A DNA stretch of 64,000 bases from an uncultured Collinsella sp. (lineage in GTDB: Bacteria; Actinomycetota; Coriobacteriia; Coriobacteriales; Coriobacteriaceae), in assembly GCA_900758475.1 (NCBI GenBank), contig CAAERQ010000007.1, positions 16,753-80,752 of the forward strand, in the 5' to 3' direction. The translations under genes were made by a program, and so were the position numbers. Shown here in pieces: positions 18,659-28,031 of the stretch (its first letter is position 1; each line of letters begins with the position of its first letter). The notes beneath the pieces are model-generated. The model saw nothing but the letters and a program-made list of their open reading frames with translations. It made no database searches and was not told the DNA's origin.

Positions 18659-19590
18659 TGGGCGAGGGGACCTTCGAGCTGCATCCCGGTGATGCGTTGT
18701 TTCCCGAGACCGTTTTGGAGCTTTCCGATGTACCCCAGACGCTCTATGTGCGCGGCAACCCCGAGGTGCTTTCGACGCCTGCGCTATCCATTATCGGTGC
18801 TCGCAAGGCATCGCCGTACGGTCTCGCCGTGGCAGAGCTTGCGGCAAAGGTGGCGGTGGAGGCGGGGGTGACGGTGGTCTCGGGCGGTGCGGTCGGCTGC
18901 GACCAGGCGTCGGGTTGGGCTGCGTTCAACGCCGGGGGTAAGCACGTCGTGGTGCTGGGGACCGGCGCCGATGTTGTCTATCCGCGCTCGAGCGCCGGCC
19001 TCATCACGCGCACGCTCGATACGGGCGGCGCGGTCGTTTCGATTTCGCCGTGGGGTATGGGACCGCGTAAGTTCGCCTTTCCGCGGCGCAATCGCGTAAT
19101 CGCCGCCTTGTCGCAGGCACTCTTCGTTTCCGAGGCGGGCATGCCCTCGGGTACGTTCTCCACGGCGGAGGCCGCTATGGACTTGGGGCGAGAGCTTCTT
19201 GCAGTGCCGGGCTCCATCCTTTCGCCCGAGTCGCGTGGGACTAACTATCTCATCGCTAACGGAGCCTGCTGCATCATCGATGAGGAATCAATCGAGATGG
19301 CCATCTCGCGCATCTACGGCACGCTGCGCTACTCGCGTCCCGATGCACCTGGCATTGCCGATCTGGACCCAACACAGCAGACCGTGATGCACGCGCTTAT
19401 CGCCTCGCCGCTCAAGGTCGACGACATTGCCGCGCTCGTCTCGCTTGATGCTGTCGGCGTGCTCAAGCTTTTGGGCTCGCTCGAGCTCGAGGGTCTTATT
19501 GAGCGCATGATGGATGGAAGGTATGCGCCCTCAAAGTTTGCGCTTCACGCCCAGACGCCCTTCGGTCACAATGGAAAGCGTGTCAATTAG
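18658..19590 (+). CDS. dprA: DNA-processing protein DprA
   Basis: IIGARKASPYG, VVSGGAVGCD, FPRRNRVIA, C-terminal wHTH. Confidence 0.93.
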   Translation: MGEGTFELHPGDALFPETVLELSDVPQTLYVRGNPEVLSTPALSIIGARKASPYGLAVAELAAKVAVEAGVTVVSGGAVGCDQASGWAAFNAGGKHVVVLGTGADVVYPRSSAGLITRTLDTGGAVVSISPWGMGPRKFAFPRRNRVIAALSQALFVSEAGMPSGTFSTAEAAMDLGRELLAVPGSILSPESRGTNYLIANGACCIIDEESIEMAISRIYGTLRYSRPDAPGIADLDPTQQTVMHALIASPLKVDDIAALVSLDAVGVLKLLGSLELEGLIERMMDGRYAPSKFALHAQTPFGHNGKRVN

Positions 19591-19604
19591 AAAGGTGTTT
19601 GCAG

Positions 19605-20942
19605 ATGCAGTTCGATCAGGTGACGGTTATCGGTGGCGGTCTGGCGGGTTCGGAATGTGCGATCCAGCTGGCAGATCGCGGGTTTGCCGTAAAGCTGTGC
19701 GAGATGCGCCCCCAGGTGAGCTCTCCGGCCCACCATACCGACCACCTGGCCGAGCTCGTTTGCTCAAATTCGTTTAAGTCAACCCGTCCGGACTCTGCTG
19801 CGGGCTTGTTAAAGGCCGAGCTTGAGCGTATGGGCTCGGTCTTGCTCGATTGTGCCCATCGTGCGGCCGTTCCCGCCGGCGGTGCCCTGGCGGTCGACCG
19901 CGTCAGGTTTTCCGAGCTTGTCGAGGCCGAGGTTGCCGCTCGACCCAATATCGAGGTCGTGCACGGCGAGGTCACGCAGATTCCCGAGGGCCACGTGGTC
20001 ATTGCCGCGGGCCCGCTGTGTTCTCCGGCATTGAGCGAAGAGGTCATGAAGCTCGTCGGTGGCGACGCCTTGGCGTTCTTTGACGCTGCCGCGCCAATCG
20101 TCGATGCCTCCACGCTTGATATGGACGTGCTGTTTTCGCAGTCGCGCTACGAGGAGCAGGGGAGCGGTGACTATCTCAACGCTCCGCTCAACAAGGTGGA
20201 GTACGAGGCCTTTATCGAGGCACTCACCACTGCCGATCGCGTGGTTCTCAAGGACTTTGAGGGTGGCGATCTGTTCCAGGCCTGTCAGCCTGCCGAGGAA
20301 GTCGCCCGCACTGGCAAGGATGCTATCCGCTTTGGCGCCATGAAGCCCGTCGGCCTCACCGACCCGCGAACCGGACGTCGCCCCTGGGCGGCGATTCAAC
20401 TGCGTGCCGAGAACAAGGAGAAGACCGCTTATAACCTGGTGGGCTTCCAGACCAATCTGACCTTTGGCGAGCAAAAGCGCGTCTTCCACATGGTCCCCGG
20501 TCTCGAGAACGCCGAGTTCTTCCGTTATGGCGTCATGCACCGCAATACCTTCGTCGATGCGCCCCACGTGCTCGACGGGACCTTTGCCGTGCCCGGCACG
20601 AACGTGCGCCTTGCCGGCCAGATCACTGGCACCGAGGGGTACATGGAGGCGGTTGCGACCGGTCTGCTCGCGGCAATCAATACCTATGCCGAGGCTATCG
20701 GGGCCGCCCCCGTCGAGCTGCCGCGCGTGGGCGCCTTAGGCGCGCTCGTGGGCTATGCGACCGATCCGGCAACCGTGGGCTACCAGCCCATGCATGTCAA
20801 TTTTGGCCTGGTGCCGCCGCTCGAAGACGGCAAGCGCCGCAGTAAGCGCGACCGCTACCAGGCATATGCGGATCGCGCCCTCGAGGCCCTCGATGCCTAC
20901 TTGGCCACGCGTTCCGACTTGTTTGGAGGCGACCGGTCATAG
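19605..20942 (+). CDS. trmFO: Folate/FAD-dependent tRNA m5U54 methyltransferase
   Basis: GGGLAGSE, ELVCSNS, GFQTNL, RYGVMHRN, AGQITGTEGY. Confidence 0.96.
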   Translation: MQFDQVTVIGGGLAGSECAIQLADRGFAVKLCEMRPQVSSPAHHTDHLAELVCSNSFKSTRPDSAAGLLKAELERMGSVLLDCAHRAAVPAGGALAVDRVRFSELVEAEVAARPNIEVVHGEVTQIPEGHVVIAAGPLCSPALSEEVMKLVGGDALAFFDAAAPIVDASTLDMDVLFSQSRYEEQGSGDYLNAPLNKVEYEAFIEALTTADRVVLKDFEGGDLFQACQPAEEVARTGKDAIRFGAMKPVGLTDPRTGRRPWAAIQLRAENKEKTAYNLVGFQTNLTFGEQKRVFHMVPGLENAEFFRYGVMHRNTFVDAPHVLDGTFAVPGTNVRLAGQITGTEGYMEAVATGLLAAINTYAEAIGAAPVELPRVGALGALVGYATDPATVGYQPMHVNFGLVPPLEDGKRRSKRDRYQAYADRALEALDAYLATRSDLFGGDRS

Positions 20943-21859
20943 CCTTTGACCTGTACGATACCGTCGACACGTTTATCGCCTATATCGCACGTGTCGAGGG
21001 GCTCGCTCCCAATACGGTGACTGCCTATGGATCGCGGTTGGAGCGCTTTGCTGCCTGGTGCGAGCGTACAGGTACCGATGCGCGTATGGCCGATGTGCGC
21101 ACCGTCCGCACGTATTTGGCCGAGCTTTCGCGCGAGCAGGTGGCGCCTCGCACCCTTGCGGCACATTTGTCGGCTATTCGGTCGCTCTATCGTTGGATGG
21201 CTGCCGAGGGGATTGTCGAGGGCGATGCGGTCTCGGCGATCGCGTCGCCCAAGCTGCCGCGCGACCTGCCCGGTGTGCTGACGACCCAACAGGTCGAGGC
21301 GCTGCTCAAGACGCCTGATACCTCGACGCCCGCGGGACTGCGCGATGCGGCGATGCTCGAGCTGCTCTATGCCTCGGGTGCCCGCATCTCGGAGCTTGCC
21401 GCGCTTAACGTGGAATCCATCGCTTGGTCGGAGCGCGTGGTTCGCCTTTGGGGCAAGGGCAGCAAGGAGCGTATCGTGCCCCTGTACCGTCGGGCGCTCG
21501 AGTCGGCCCGACGCTATGTCGAGCAGGGGAGGCCGGAGTTGCTCGCCCAGGCAAAGCGCCGCGACGCCGCAGCCGGTCTGCATCCGCTGTTTATTTCCGC
21601 GCGCGGCAATCGCATGAGTGCCGCTATGCTCAGACGACGGTTCCATATGCTGGCGACGCTCGCCGGCATCCCTGCCGACATTGCCCCGCATGCGATGCGC
21701 CATACCTTTGCGACCGATCTGCTCGAGGGTGGCGCTGATCTGCGCTCGGTTCAAGAGCTGCTGGGTCACGCGAGCCTGTCCACGACTCAAATCTACACGC
21801 ATCTTACGCCCGATCGGCTTAAGCGGGCCGTTGCTCAAGCTCATCCCCGTGGCGAATAG
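20939..21859 (+). CDS. xerC: Tyrosine recombinase XerC/XerD; probable non-canonical ATA start
   Basis: Catalytic R-K-HxxR-H-Y set (SGARISE, GKGSKER, HAMRH, LGH, TQIY); conserved N-terminal helix lies upstream of the first GTG (21017). Confidence 0.88.
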   Translation: MAFDLYDTVDTFIAYIARVEGLAPNTVTAYGSRLERFAAWCERTGTDARMADVRTVRTYLAELSREQVAPRTLAAHLSAIRSLYRWMAAEGIVEGDAVSAIASPKLPRDLPGVLTTQQVEALLKTPDTSTPAGLRDAAMLELLYASGARISELAALNVESIAWSERVVRLWGKGSKERIVPLYRRALESARRYVEQGRPELLAQAKRRDAAAGLHPLFISARGNRMSAAMLRRRFHMLATLAGIPADIAPHAMRHTFATDLLEGGADLRSVQELLGHASLSTTQIYTHLTPDRLKRAVAQAHPRGE

Positions 21860-21977
21860 CCTATCGCGGCCGGGGACGTCGACGCACATTCAGGTGTGTG
21901 GTTTTGATTGCGGGTTGGCAGGAAGAGGCAATCCTGCTATCATTCATCAGGTTGCTTCACGGCAACAGGTTTTTATT

Positions 21978-22070
21978 ACGCACGCGCGGCTACTTCATAC
22001 CGTGGTGCCCGGGCTTTGGTAGCACATGTCCGGGTTGGTTTTGGAGGATGACCCCGCGCGGAGGCAAACC
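21978..22070 (+). ncRNA. Ribosomal protein S2 (rpsB) leader RNA
   Basis: CGCGCGG (21983) pairs with CCGCGCG (22054); GGTGCC and GGAGGCAAACC elements resemble the known rpsB autoregulatory leader. Confidence 0.7.
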
Positions 22071-22084
22071 ACAGGAGGTTTAAC

Positions 22085-22813
22085 ATGGCTACCAAGATTA
22101 ATATCCGCACCCTGCTCGAGGCCGGCTGCCACTTCGGTCACCAGACCCGTCGCTGGAACCCCAAGATGAAGCCGTTCATCTTCGGTGAGCGCAACGGCAT
22201 CTACATCCTCGACCTCAAGCAGACCATCCTTGACGCCGACCAGGCCTACACCTTCGTCAAGAACGTTGCCAAGGGTGGCAACGTGCTGTTCGTCGGCACC
22301 AAGAAGCAGGCTCAGGAGGCCGTCAAGAACGCCGCTGAGCGCGCCAACATGCCTTACATCAACCAGCGTTGGCTCGGCGGTATGCTGACCAACTTCGTCA
22401 CCATCCGCTCCCGCATCAACCGCATGGAGGAGCTCGAGGCCATGGTCGAGGACGGCCGCATGGCAGTGCTGCCCAAGAAGGAACAGGCTGTGCTCGGCAA
22501 GGAGCTCACTAAGCTCCAGACCAACCTCGGTGGCGCCCGCGACATGAAGGGTCTGCCCCAGGCCCTGTTCGTCATCGACACCAAGCGCGAGGAGAACGCC
22601 ATCAAGGAGGCCCAGCGCCTGAACATCCCCGTCGTCGCTCTGATCGACACCAACTCCGATCCCGACGAGGTCGAGTACGGCATCCCCTGCAACGATGACG
22701 CTATCTCCGCTGTCACCCTTATGTGCGAGCTCATGGCTGACGCCTGCCTCGCCGGCTCCGGTAAGGAGCAGGTCTCCGAGGCCGAGATGGCCGCTGAGTC
22801 CAAGGCCGAGTAA
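22085..22813 (+). CDS. rpsB: 30S ribosomal protein S2
   Basis: [28 protein letters not shown]. Confidence 0.98.
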   Translation: MATKINIRTLLEAGCHFGHQTRRWNPKMKPFIFGERNGIYILDLKQTILDADQAYTFVKNVAKGGNVLFVGTKKQAQEAVKNAAERANMPYINQRWLGGMLTNFVTIRSRINRMEELEAMVEDGRMAVLPKKEQAVLGKELTKLQTNLGGARDMKGLPQALFVIDTKREENAIKEAQRLNIPVVALIDTNSDPDEVEYGIPCNDDAISAVTLMCELMADACLAGSGKEQVSEAEMAAESKAE

Positions 22814-22858
22814 ATCAGTCCTATTTAAGTCTTTTTCATCTCTATGAAAGGAACCACA

Positions 22859-23728
22859 ATGGCCCAGATTACCGCCGCTATGGTCAAGCAGCTCCGCGAG
22901 ATGACCGACTCCCCGATGATGGAGTGCAAGAAGGCTCTCGTCGAGGCTGACGGCGACATGGACGCCGCTGTTGACGTTCTGCGTAAGAACGGCCTCGCCA
23001 AGGCTGCCAAGAAGGCTGGCCGCGAGACCAACGAGGGCGCTGTCGCCGCGTTCGTCTCCGAGGATGGCAAGACCGGCGCTCTGCTCGAGCTCTCCTGCGA
23101 GACCGACTTCGTTGGCTCCAACGCCAAGTTCACCGGCTTTGCTACCAAGGTCGCCGAGGTTGTCGCCACTACCGAGCCGGCCGATGTCGACGCTCTGCTC
23201 GAGAAGCCGATGGGCGAGGAGACCGTTTCCTCCGAGCTCACCGAGATGATTCACATCATGGGCGAGAACATGAAGATCTCCCGTTTCGCCGCCCGCAAGG
23301 CCGAGAACGGCGCCCTCGCTTCTTACATCCACATGGGTGGCAAGATCGGCGTCCTCGTCGAGTTTGCTTTCGAGAAGGCCGAGACCGCTCAGGCTGAGTC
23401 CTTCAAGACCTTTGCCCACGATGTTGCCCTTCAGGTTGCCGCTGTCGCCCCGATCTGCGCTACCCGCGATCAGGTTCCGGCTGAGACCGTCGAGCACGAG
23501 AAGCAGATTTACATGGCTCAGGCTGCCGAGTCCGGTAAGCCCGAGGCCATCCAGGAGAAGATGGCTGTTGGCCGTCTGGAGAAGTTCTACAAGCAGTCCG
23601 TGCTCACCGAGCAGGAGTTCATCAAGGACAGCTCCCTTACCATCAAGAAGTACGCTGAGCAGGTCTCCAAGGAGCTCGGCGATACCATTACCGTCGTTGC
23701 CTTCGACCGTCTGGTCCGTGGCGAGTAA
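22859..23728 (+). CDS. tsf: Elongation factor Ts
   Basis: VKQLREMT, MMECKKAL, CETDFV. Confidence 0.97.
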   Translation: MAQITAAMVKQLREMTDSPMMECKKALVEADGDMDAAVDVLRKNGLAKAAKKAGRETNEGAVAAFVSEDGKTGALLELSCETDFVGSNAKFTGFATKVAEVVATTEPADVDALLEKPMGEETVSSELTEMIHIMGENMKISRFAARKAENGALASYIHMGGKIGVLVEFAFEKAETAQAESFKTFAHDVALQVAAVAPICATRDQVPAETVEHEKQIYMAQAAESGKPEAIQEKMAVGRLEKFYKQSVLTEQEFIKDSSLTIKKYAEQVSKELGDTITVVAFDRLVRGE

Positions 23729-23751
23729 ATAAGCTCTTGTAGCTGGTAATG

Positions 23752-23787
23752 AGCAGGCTGTGGGTTTTACTCACAGCCTGCTTTTTC
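23752..23787 (+). terminator. rpsB-tsf terminator
   Basis: Stem AGCAGGCTGTGGGT/ACTCACAGCCTGCT followed by a T-run. Confidence 0.8.
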
Positions 23788-23845
23788 ATGGCTCTGAGCA
23801 GAGCCTTTGATATCATATTGAGAGTCTAATTAAAGGAGGATCGCT

Positions 23846-24568
23846 TTGTCCGACATCCGATATAAACGCGTGCTTCTCAAGCTTTCCGGCGAAGCACTGA
23901 TGGGCGACGGCCACTATGGCATCGACCCCAAGGTTACCGACCATCTTGCCAAGCAGGTTAAGGAGCTGCTTGCCGTTGGCCATGAGGTCGGCGTCGTTGT
24001 CGGCGGCGGCAATATTTTCCGCGGCATGGCCGGCGCTGCCGGTGGCATGGAGCGTGCTCAGGCCGATTACATGGGTATGCTGGCAACCGTTATGAACGCG
24101 CTTGCCCTGCAGGATGCCTTCGAGCATAACGATGTTCCTTGCCGCGTTATGAGCGCTATCCAGATGAACGAGATTTGCGAGCCCTATATTCGTCGTCGCG
24201 CCATCAACCACCTGTCCAAGGGCAATGTCGTTATCTTCGCCGCCGGCTCGGGCAATCCGTACTTTACGACTGACACCGCCGCGGCCCTTCGCGCCTGCGA
24301 GATCGGTGCGGAGATTCTGATCAAGGCCACCAAGGTCGACGGTATCTACGACAAGGATCCCGTCAAGTGCGCCGATGCCGTCCGCTTTGACAAGATCACC
24401 TATCACGAGGTGCTCGTTCGCGGCCTGCAGGTTATGGATTCCACGGCAACGGCCTTGTGCCAGGATAACCGTATGCCCATTTTGGTCCTCAACATCGATG
24501 GCGAGGACACCGTCAAGCGCGCGCTCGCGGGTGAGCCCGTCGGCACGCTCGTCTATCAGGAGGATTAA
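23846..24568 (+). CDS. pyrH: UMP kinase
   Basis: [28 protein letters not shown]. Confidence 0.97.
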   Translation: MSDIRYKRVLLKLSGEALMGDGHYGIDPKVTDHLAKQVKELLAVGHEVGVVVGGGNIFRGMAGAAGGMERAQADYMGMLATVMNALALQDAFEHNDVPCRVMSAIQMNEICEPYIRRRAINHLSKGNVVIFAAGSGNPYFTTDTAAALRACEIGAEILIKATKVDGIYDKDPVKCADAVRFDKITYHEVLVRGLQVMDSTATALCQDNRMPILVLNIDGEDTVKRALAGEPVGTLVYQED

Positions 24569-24570
24569 GC

Positions 24571-25107
24571 ATGGCAGAGAACATCACCGCCCACATGGAC
24601 AAGTCGCTCGAGTCCCTCAAGCATAACTTCTCCAAGGTCCGCACCGGCCGCGCCAGCGCCAACATTCTGTCCGACATCACCGTCGATTACTACGGTGTTC
24701 CCACGCCGGTCACGCAGGTTGCCGCCGTCAAGACCCCCGAGGCCCACATGCTGCTCATCGAGCCGTGGGACAAGGCGCTCATCAACGCCATCGTTAAGGC
24801 CATCAGTGCCTCCGACCTTGGCATTACCCCCAACTCTGATGGTACCGTCGTACGCCTGCCGTTCCCGGCTCCCACCGAGGAGCGTCGTCGCGAGCTCGTC
24901 AAGGAGTGCCGCGAGTACGCCGAGCAGGCCAAGGTCTCTATCCGCAACATCCGTCGCGACTTTAATAACAAACTCGAGCGCGACGAGGAGCTTACCGAGG
25001 ACGATGTTCGTCGCGAGCAGGCCAAGGTTCAGAAGCATACCGACGAGTATGTTGCCAAGGTCGAGGAGCTTCTGAAGGAAAAAGAAGCCGAGGTCATGGA
25101 GATCTAA
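24571..25107 (+). CDS. frr: Ribosome recycling factor
   Basis: VRTGRA, PTEERRRELVK, IRNIRRD. Confidence 0.97.
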   Translation: MAENITAHMDKSLESLKHNFSKVRTGRASANILSDITVDYYGVPTPVTQVAAVKTPEAHMLLIEPWDKALINAIVKAISASDLGITPNSDGTVVRLPFPAPTEERRRELVKECREYAEQAKVSIRNIRRDFNNKLERDEELTEDDVRREQAKVQKHTDEYVAKVEELLKEKEAEVMEI

Positions 25108-25108
25108 G

Positions 25109-25903
25109 GTGCAATACGACGAGCATAAACTGGTCGAGTACTTTGCCGACGCCCCTGCGGGCGTCGGTTTTTCCGACCTTGACCTCAATAACATTCCGCG
25201 CCATATTTCGTGCATCATGGACGGCAACGGCCGTTGGGCCACGGCGCGCGGTCTTGCCCGCACCGAGGGTCACAAGGCCGGTATCGTCTCTCTGCGCGAG
25301 ATTATTACCGCCTGCGTGCGCCTGGGCGTCGACGTACTTTCGGCCTATGCGTTTTCTACCGAAAACTGGAATCGCCCGCAACACGAGGTCAACGTTCTCA
25401 TGCATTTGTTTGCCAAGACGTTTATCGACGAACTGCCGTTGCTGAAGCGCGAGAACGTGCGCGTTGTGTTTTTGGGTGACATTTCTGCGTTGCCCAAGAA
25501 GACCCGTGATGTCTTTGAGCGCGGTCTTGCCGAGTGCGCCAACCATACCGGTATGACCCTGGCGCTCGCCGTTAACTATGGAGCCCGTGCCGAGATCACG
25601 CGCGCTGCCCGTCAGCTTGCCTTTGATGCAGCTGCCGGCAAGATTGACCCCGCCGCAATTGATGACGATATGGTGGCGTCGCACCTGTACACCGCCGGTC
25701 TTCCCGATCCCGAGCTCGTTATTCGCACCTCGGGCGAGCTGCGCCTTTCGAACTATCTGCTGTGGCAGGTCGCTTATGCCGAGTTTTATGTCACCGATAC
25801 CTACTGGCCCGACTTCGATCGCTGGGGTCTTGTTAAGGCTATCTTGGCTTATCAGGGCCGCGACCGTAGGTTTGGTGGGCTGAGTAAGACCGAGGAGGCT
25901 TAA
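25109..25903 (+). CDS. uppS: Isoprenyl (undecaprenyl) diphosphate synthase
   Basis: IMDGNGRWA, AFSTENWNRP, IRTSGELRLSNYLLWQ. Confidence 0.96.
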   Translation: MQYDEHKLVEYFADAPAGVGFSDLDLNNIPRHISCIMDGNGRWATARGLARTEGHKAGIVSLREIITACVRLGVDVLSAYAFSTENWNRPQHEVNVLMHLFAKTFIDELPLLKRENVRVVFLGDISALPKKTRDVFERGLAECANHTGMTLALAVNYGARAEITRAARQLAFDAAAGKIDPAAIDDDMVASHLYTAGLPDPELVIRTSGELRLSNYLLWQVAYAEFYVTDTYWPDFDRWGLVKAILAYQGRDRRFGGLSKTEEA

Positions 25904-25905
25904 TC

Positions 25906-26820
25906 GTGTCTGATCGTCCCAAGGCAACTGCTCCCAAGGCGCCTGCTTCTACGACACCTGTGCGCAGGGTCGCTGCTTCCAAGGCACCGGCTGCGAAGGG
26001 CGGCACCGGCTCATGGCTGGCTGGTTTTATTACCCGTGCTGCCGCCGGTATCGTCTATGCCGTCGTCTTTATCCTGTGTCTCGTTTTGGGTATCGTGCCT
26101 ACGGCAATCTTTGTGTCCGTCATGAGCGGCTTGTGCTGCTATGAGTTCTTTCGCATGACGAAACTCGATGGCAAAGTGGCCAACGATCGCCTGGGTCTCG
26201 CTGCCGCCGTGCTCTTTCCGCTCTCGGCGCTGGGCGACTCGATGCTTTTGAATGCCCTGCTTTTTGCTTTGATGCTTGCGGTGGGCATTTGGTATGTCTG
26301 GTCGCCGCGTACCCGCATATCCGATGTTGCTGTGACGCTCATGGGCCCCATCTACACCGGTTTTATGCTGTCGGCCATCGTGCTTCTGCGCGATGCCGTG
26401 CCCGGTTTTGCCGGCGCCCTGCTTTCGGTGGGTGTTTGCGCGTCTCTCTGGGTCTCCGATTCGTTCGCCTATATCGTGGGTAGTCGTATCGGTAAGCATA
26501 AGATGGTCCCCAAGATTTCTCCCAAAAAGAGCTGGGAAGGCTTTTTCGGCGGCATTTTGGGCTCGGTGCTCATCTGGCTCATTTTGTGGGCGACGCATTT
26601 CTATAAGCTGAGCTTGCCTTATGCGCTGCTGTGCGGCGTGGTCGTGTCCATCCTGGGCGTTATCGGCGACCTCATCGAGTCGCGCATCAAGCGTGGCGTG
26701 GGCGTCAAGGATTCCGGCAACCTTATCCCGGGCCATGGCGGCATGCTCGACCGTAGCGACTCGCTTATCTTTGGCTGCATTACCGCGCAGCTGCTTTTGA
26801 TGATCGGAGGCGTGCTGTAA
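25906..26820 (+). CDS. cdsA: Phosphatidate cytidylyltransferase
   Basis: Multiple TM helices; ISPKKSWEG, KDSGNLIPGHGGMLDR. Confidence 0.96.
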   Translation: MSDRPKATAPKAPASTTPVRRVAASKAPAAKGGTGSWLAGFITRAAAGIVYAVVFILCLVLGIVPTAIFVSVMSGLCCYEFFRMTKLDGKVANDRLGLAAAVLFPLSALGDSMLLNALLFALMLAVGIWYVWSPRTRISDVAVTLMGPIYTGFMLSAIVLLRDAVPGFAGALLSVGVCASLWVSDSFAYIVGSRIGKHKMVPKISPKKSWEGFFGGILGSVLIWLILWATHFYKLSLPYALLCGVVVSILGVIGDLIESRIKRGVGVKDSGNLIPGHGGMLDRSDSLIFGCITAQLLLMIGGVL

Positions 26821-28007
26821 TGTCATTCCAGACGACGCATGGCCCCGATGGACGCCTTCGCGTTGCCATCCTGGGATGTACGGGCTCTATCGGCACGCAG
26901 GCACTCGATGTGTGCCGTCAGCATGCCGATCGGCTGCAGGTGACTGCGCTGTCCGTCAATTCCAGCACCTCGGAGCTCGTTGCCGCCGCCCGCGAGTTCT
27001 CGGTTCCGGCCGTTGCCGTTGCCAACGCCGCCCACGGTGCGGACGCCGTGCTGCAGGAGTTGCCCGAGGGAACGAAGCTCGGCGTTGGCGCGCGGGCGGT
27101 TTGTGAGCTCGCGCGTCGCGACGATGTCGACTGCGTGCTTGTTGCCATTGTGGGCGCTGCCGGGCTCGAAGCGAGCCATGCGGCCCTGACCTCGAACAAG
27201 CGCCTTGCTCTTGCCAACAAGGAGTCCCTCGTTGTCGGTGGCGACCTGCTGATGCCGTTGGCGCAGCCGGGTCAGCTCATTCCGGTCGACTCCGAGCACT
27301 CTGCCATCTATCAGTGCTATCTGGGGGAGAATCCGCGCGAGGCCCACTGCATTTGGCTCACCTGCTCGGGTGGTCCGTTCTTTGGCCGTACGCGCGATGA
27401 GCTCGATCGCGTGACACGCGCCGATGCGCTGGCACATCCCACGTGGTCTATGGGCGCTAAGATCACGATCGACTCCGCTACCCTCATGAACAAGGGCTTG
27501 GAGCGTATCGAGGCGATGCACCTGTTCGGTTGCGACCTCGACTTTATCAACGTGGTCGTGCAGCGTCAGTCCAAGATTCACTCGATGGTCGAGTATGCGG
27601 ACGGCTCCGTGATGGCGCACCTTGGCGCCTCCGATATGCGCATTCCCATTCAGTTTGCCTTCTCGTTTCCTGAGCGTTGGGATACTCCGGCGCCTCGTCT
27701 CGATTTTCGTGAGCTGGGGCAGCTTACCTTTGATGCCGCCGATATGGACACGTTCCGCTGCCTGGCGCTGGCCGAGCGTGCTGGCAAGACGGGTGGCACC
27801 ATGCCGTGCGTGCTTAATGCGGCCAACGAGGTCGCGGTCGATGCGTTCTTACACGACGGCTGCAGCTTTACCGATATCGACCGCATTGTGGAATCCTGCA
27901 TGGATGCGCATGACACGCAGGCGGTTACCTCGTTTGAGCAGCTTCGCGACATCGATGCCTGGGCGCGCGAAAAGGCCGCGCTGGTGCTCGCCGCAACCCA
28001 TTCCTAA
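26820..28007 (+). CDS. dxr: 1-deoxy-D-xylulose 5-phosphate reductoisomerase
   Basis: GCTGSIG, LANKESLV, PVDSEH, MGAKITIDSATLMNKGLE. Confidence 0.97.
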   Translation: MSFQTTHGPDGRLRVAILGCTGSIGTQALDVCRQHADRLQVTALSVNSSTSELVAAAREFSVPAVAVANAAHGADAVLQELPEGTKLGVGARAVCELARRDDVDCVLVAIVGAAGLEASHAALTSNKRLALANKESLVVGGDLLMPLAQPGQLIPVDSEHSAIYQCYLGENPREAHCIWLTCSGGPFFGRTRDELDRVTRADALAHPTWSMGAKITIDSATLMNKGLERIEAMHLFGCDLDFINVVVQRQSKIHSMVEYADGSVMAHLGASDMRIPIQFAFSFPERWDTPAPRLDFRELGQLTFDAADMDTFRCLALAERAGKTGGTMPCVLNAANEVAVDAFLHDGCSFTDIDRIVESCMDAHDTQAVTSFEQLRDIDAWAREKAALVLAATHS

Positions 28008-28031
28008 CCATAAGGATTGCTTTTTCTATTT

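Noticed and set aside
20939..21859. Tyrosine recombinase as a prophage or island integrase
   Set aside because: The dprA-trmFO-xerC-rpsB context is the housekeeping position; no att repeats or cargo genes are nearby.
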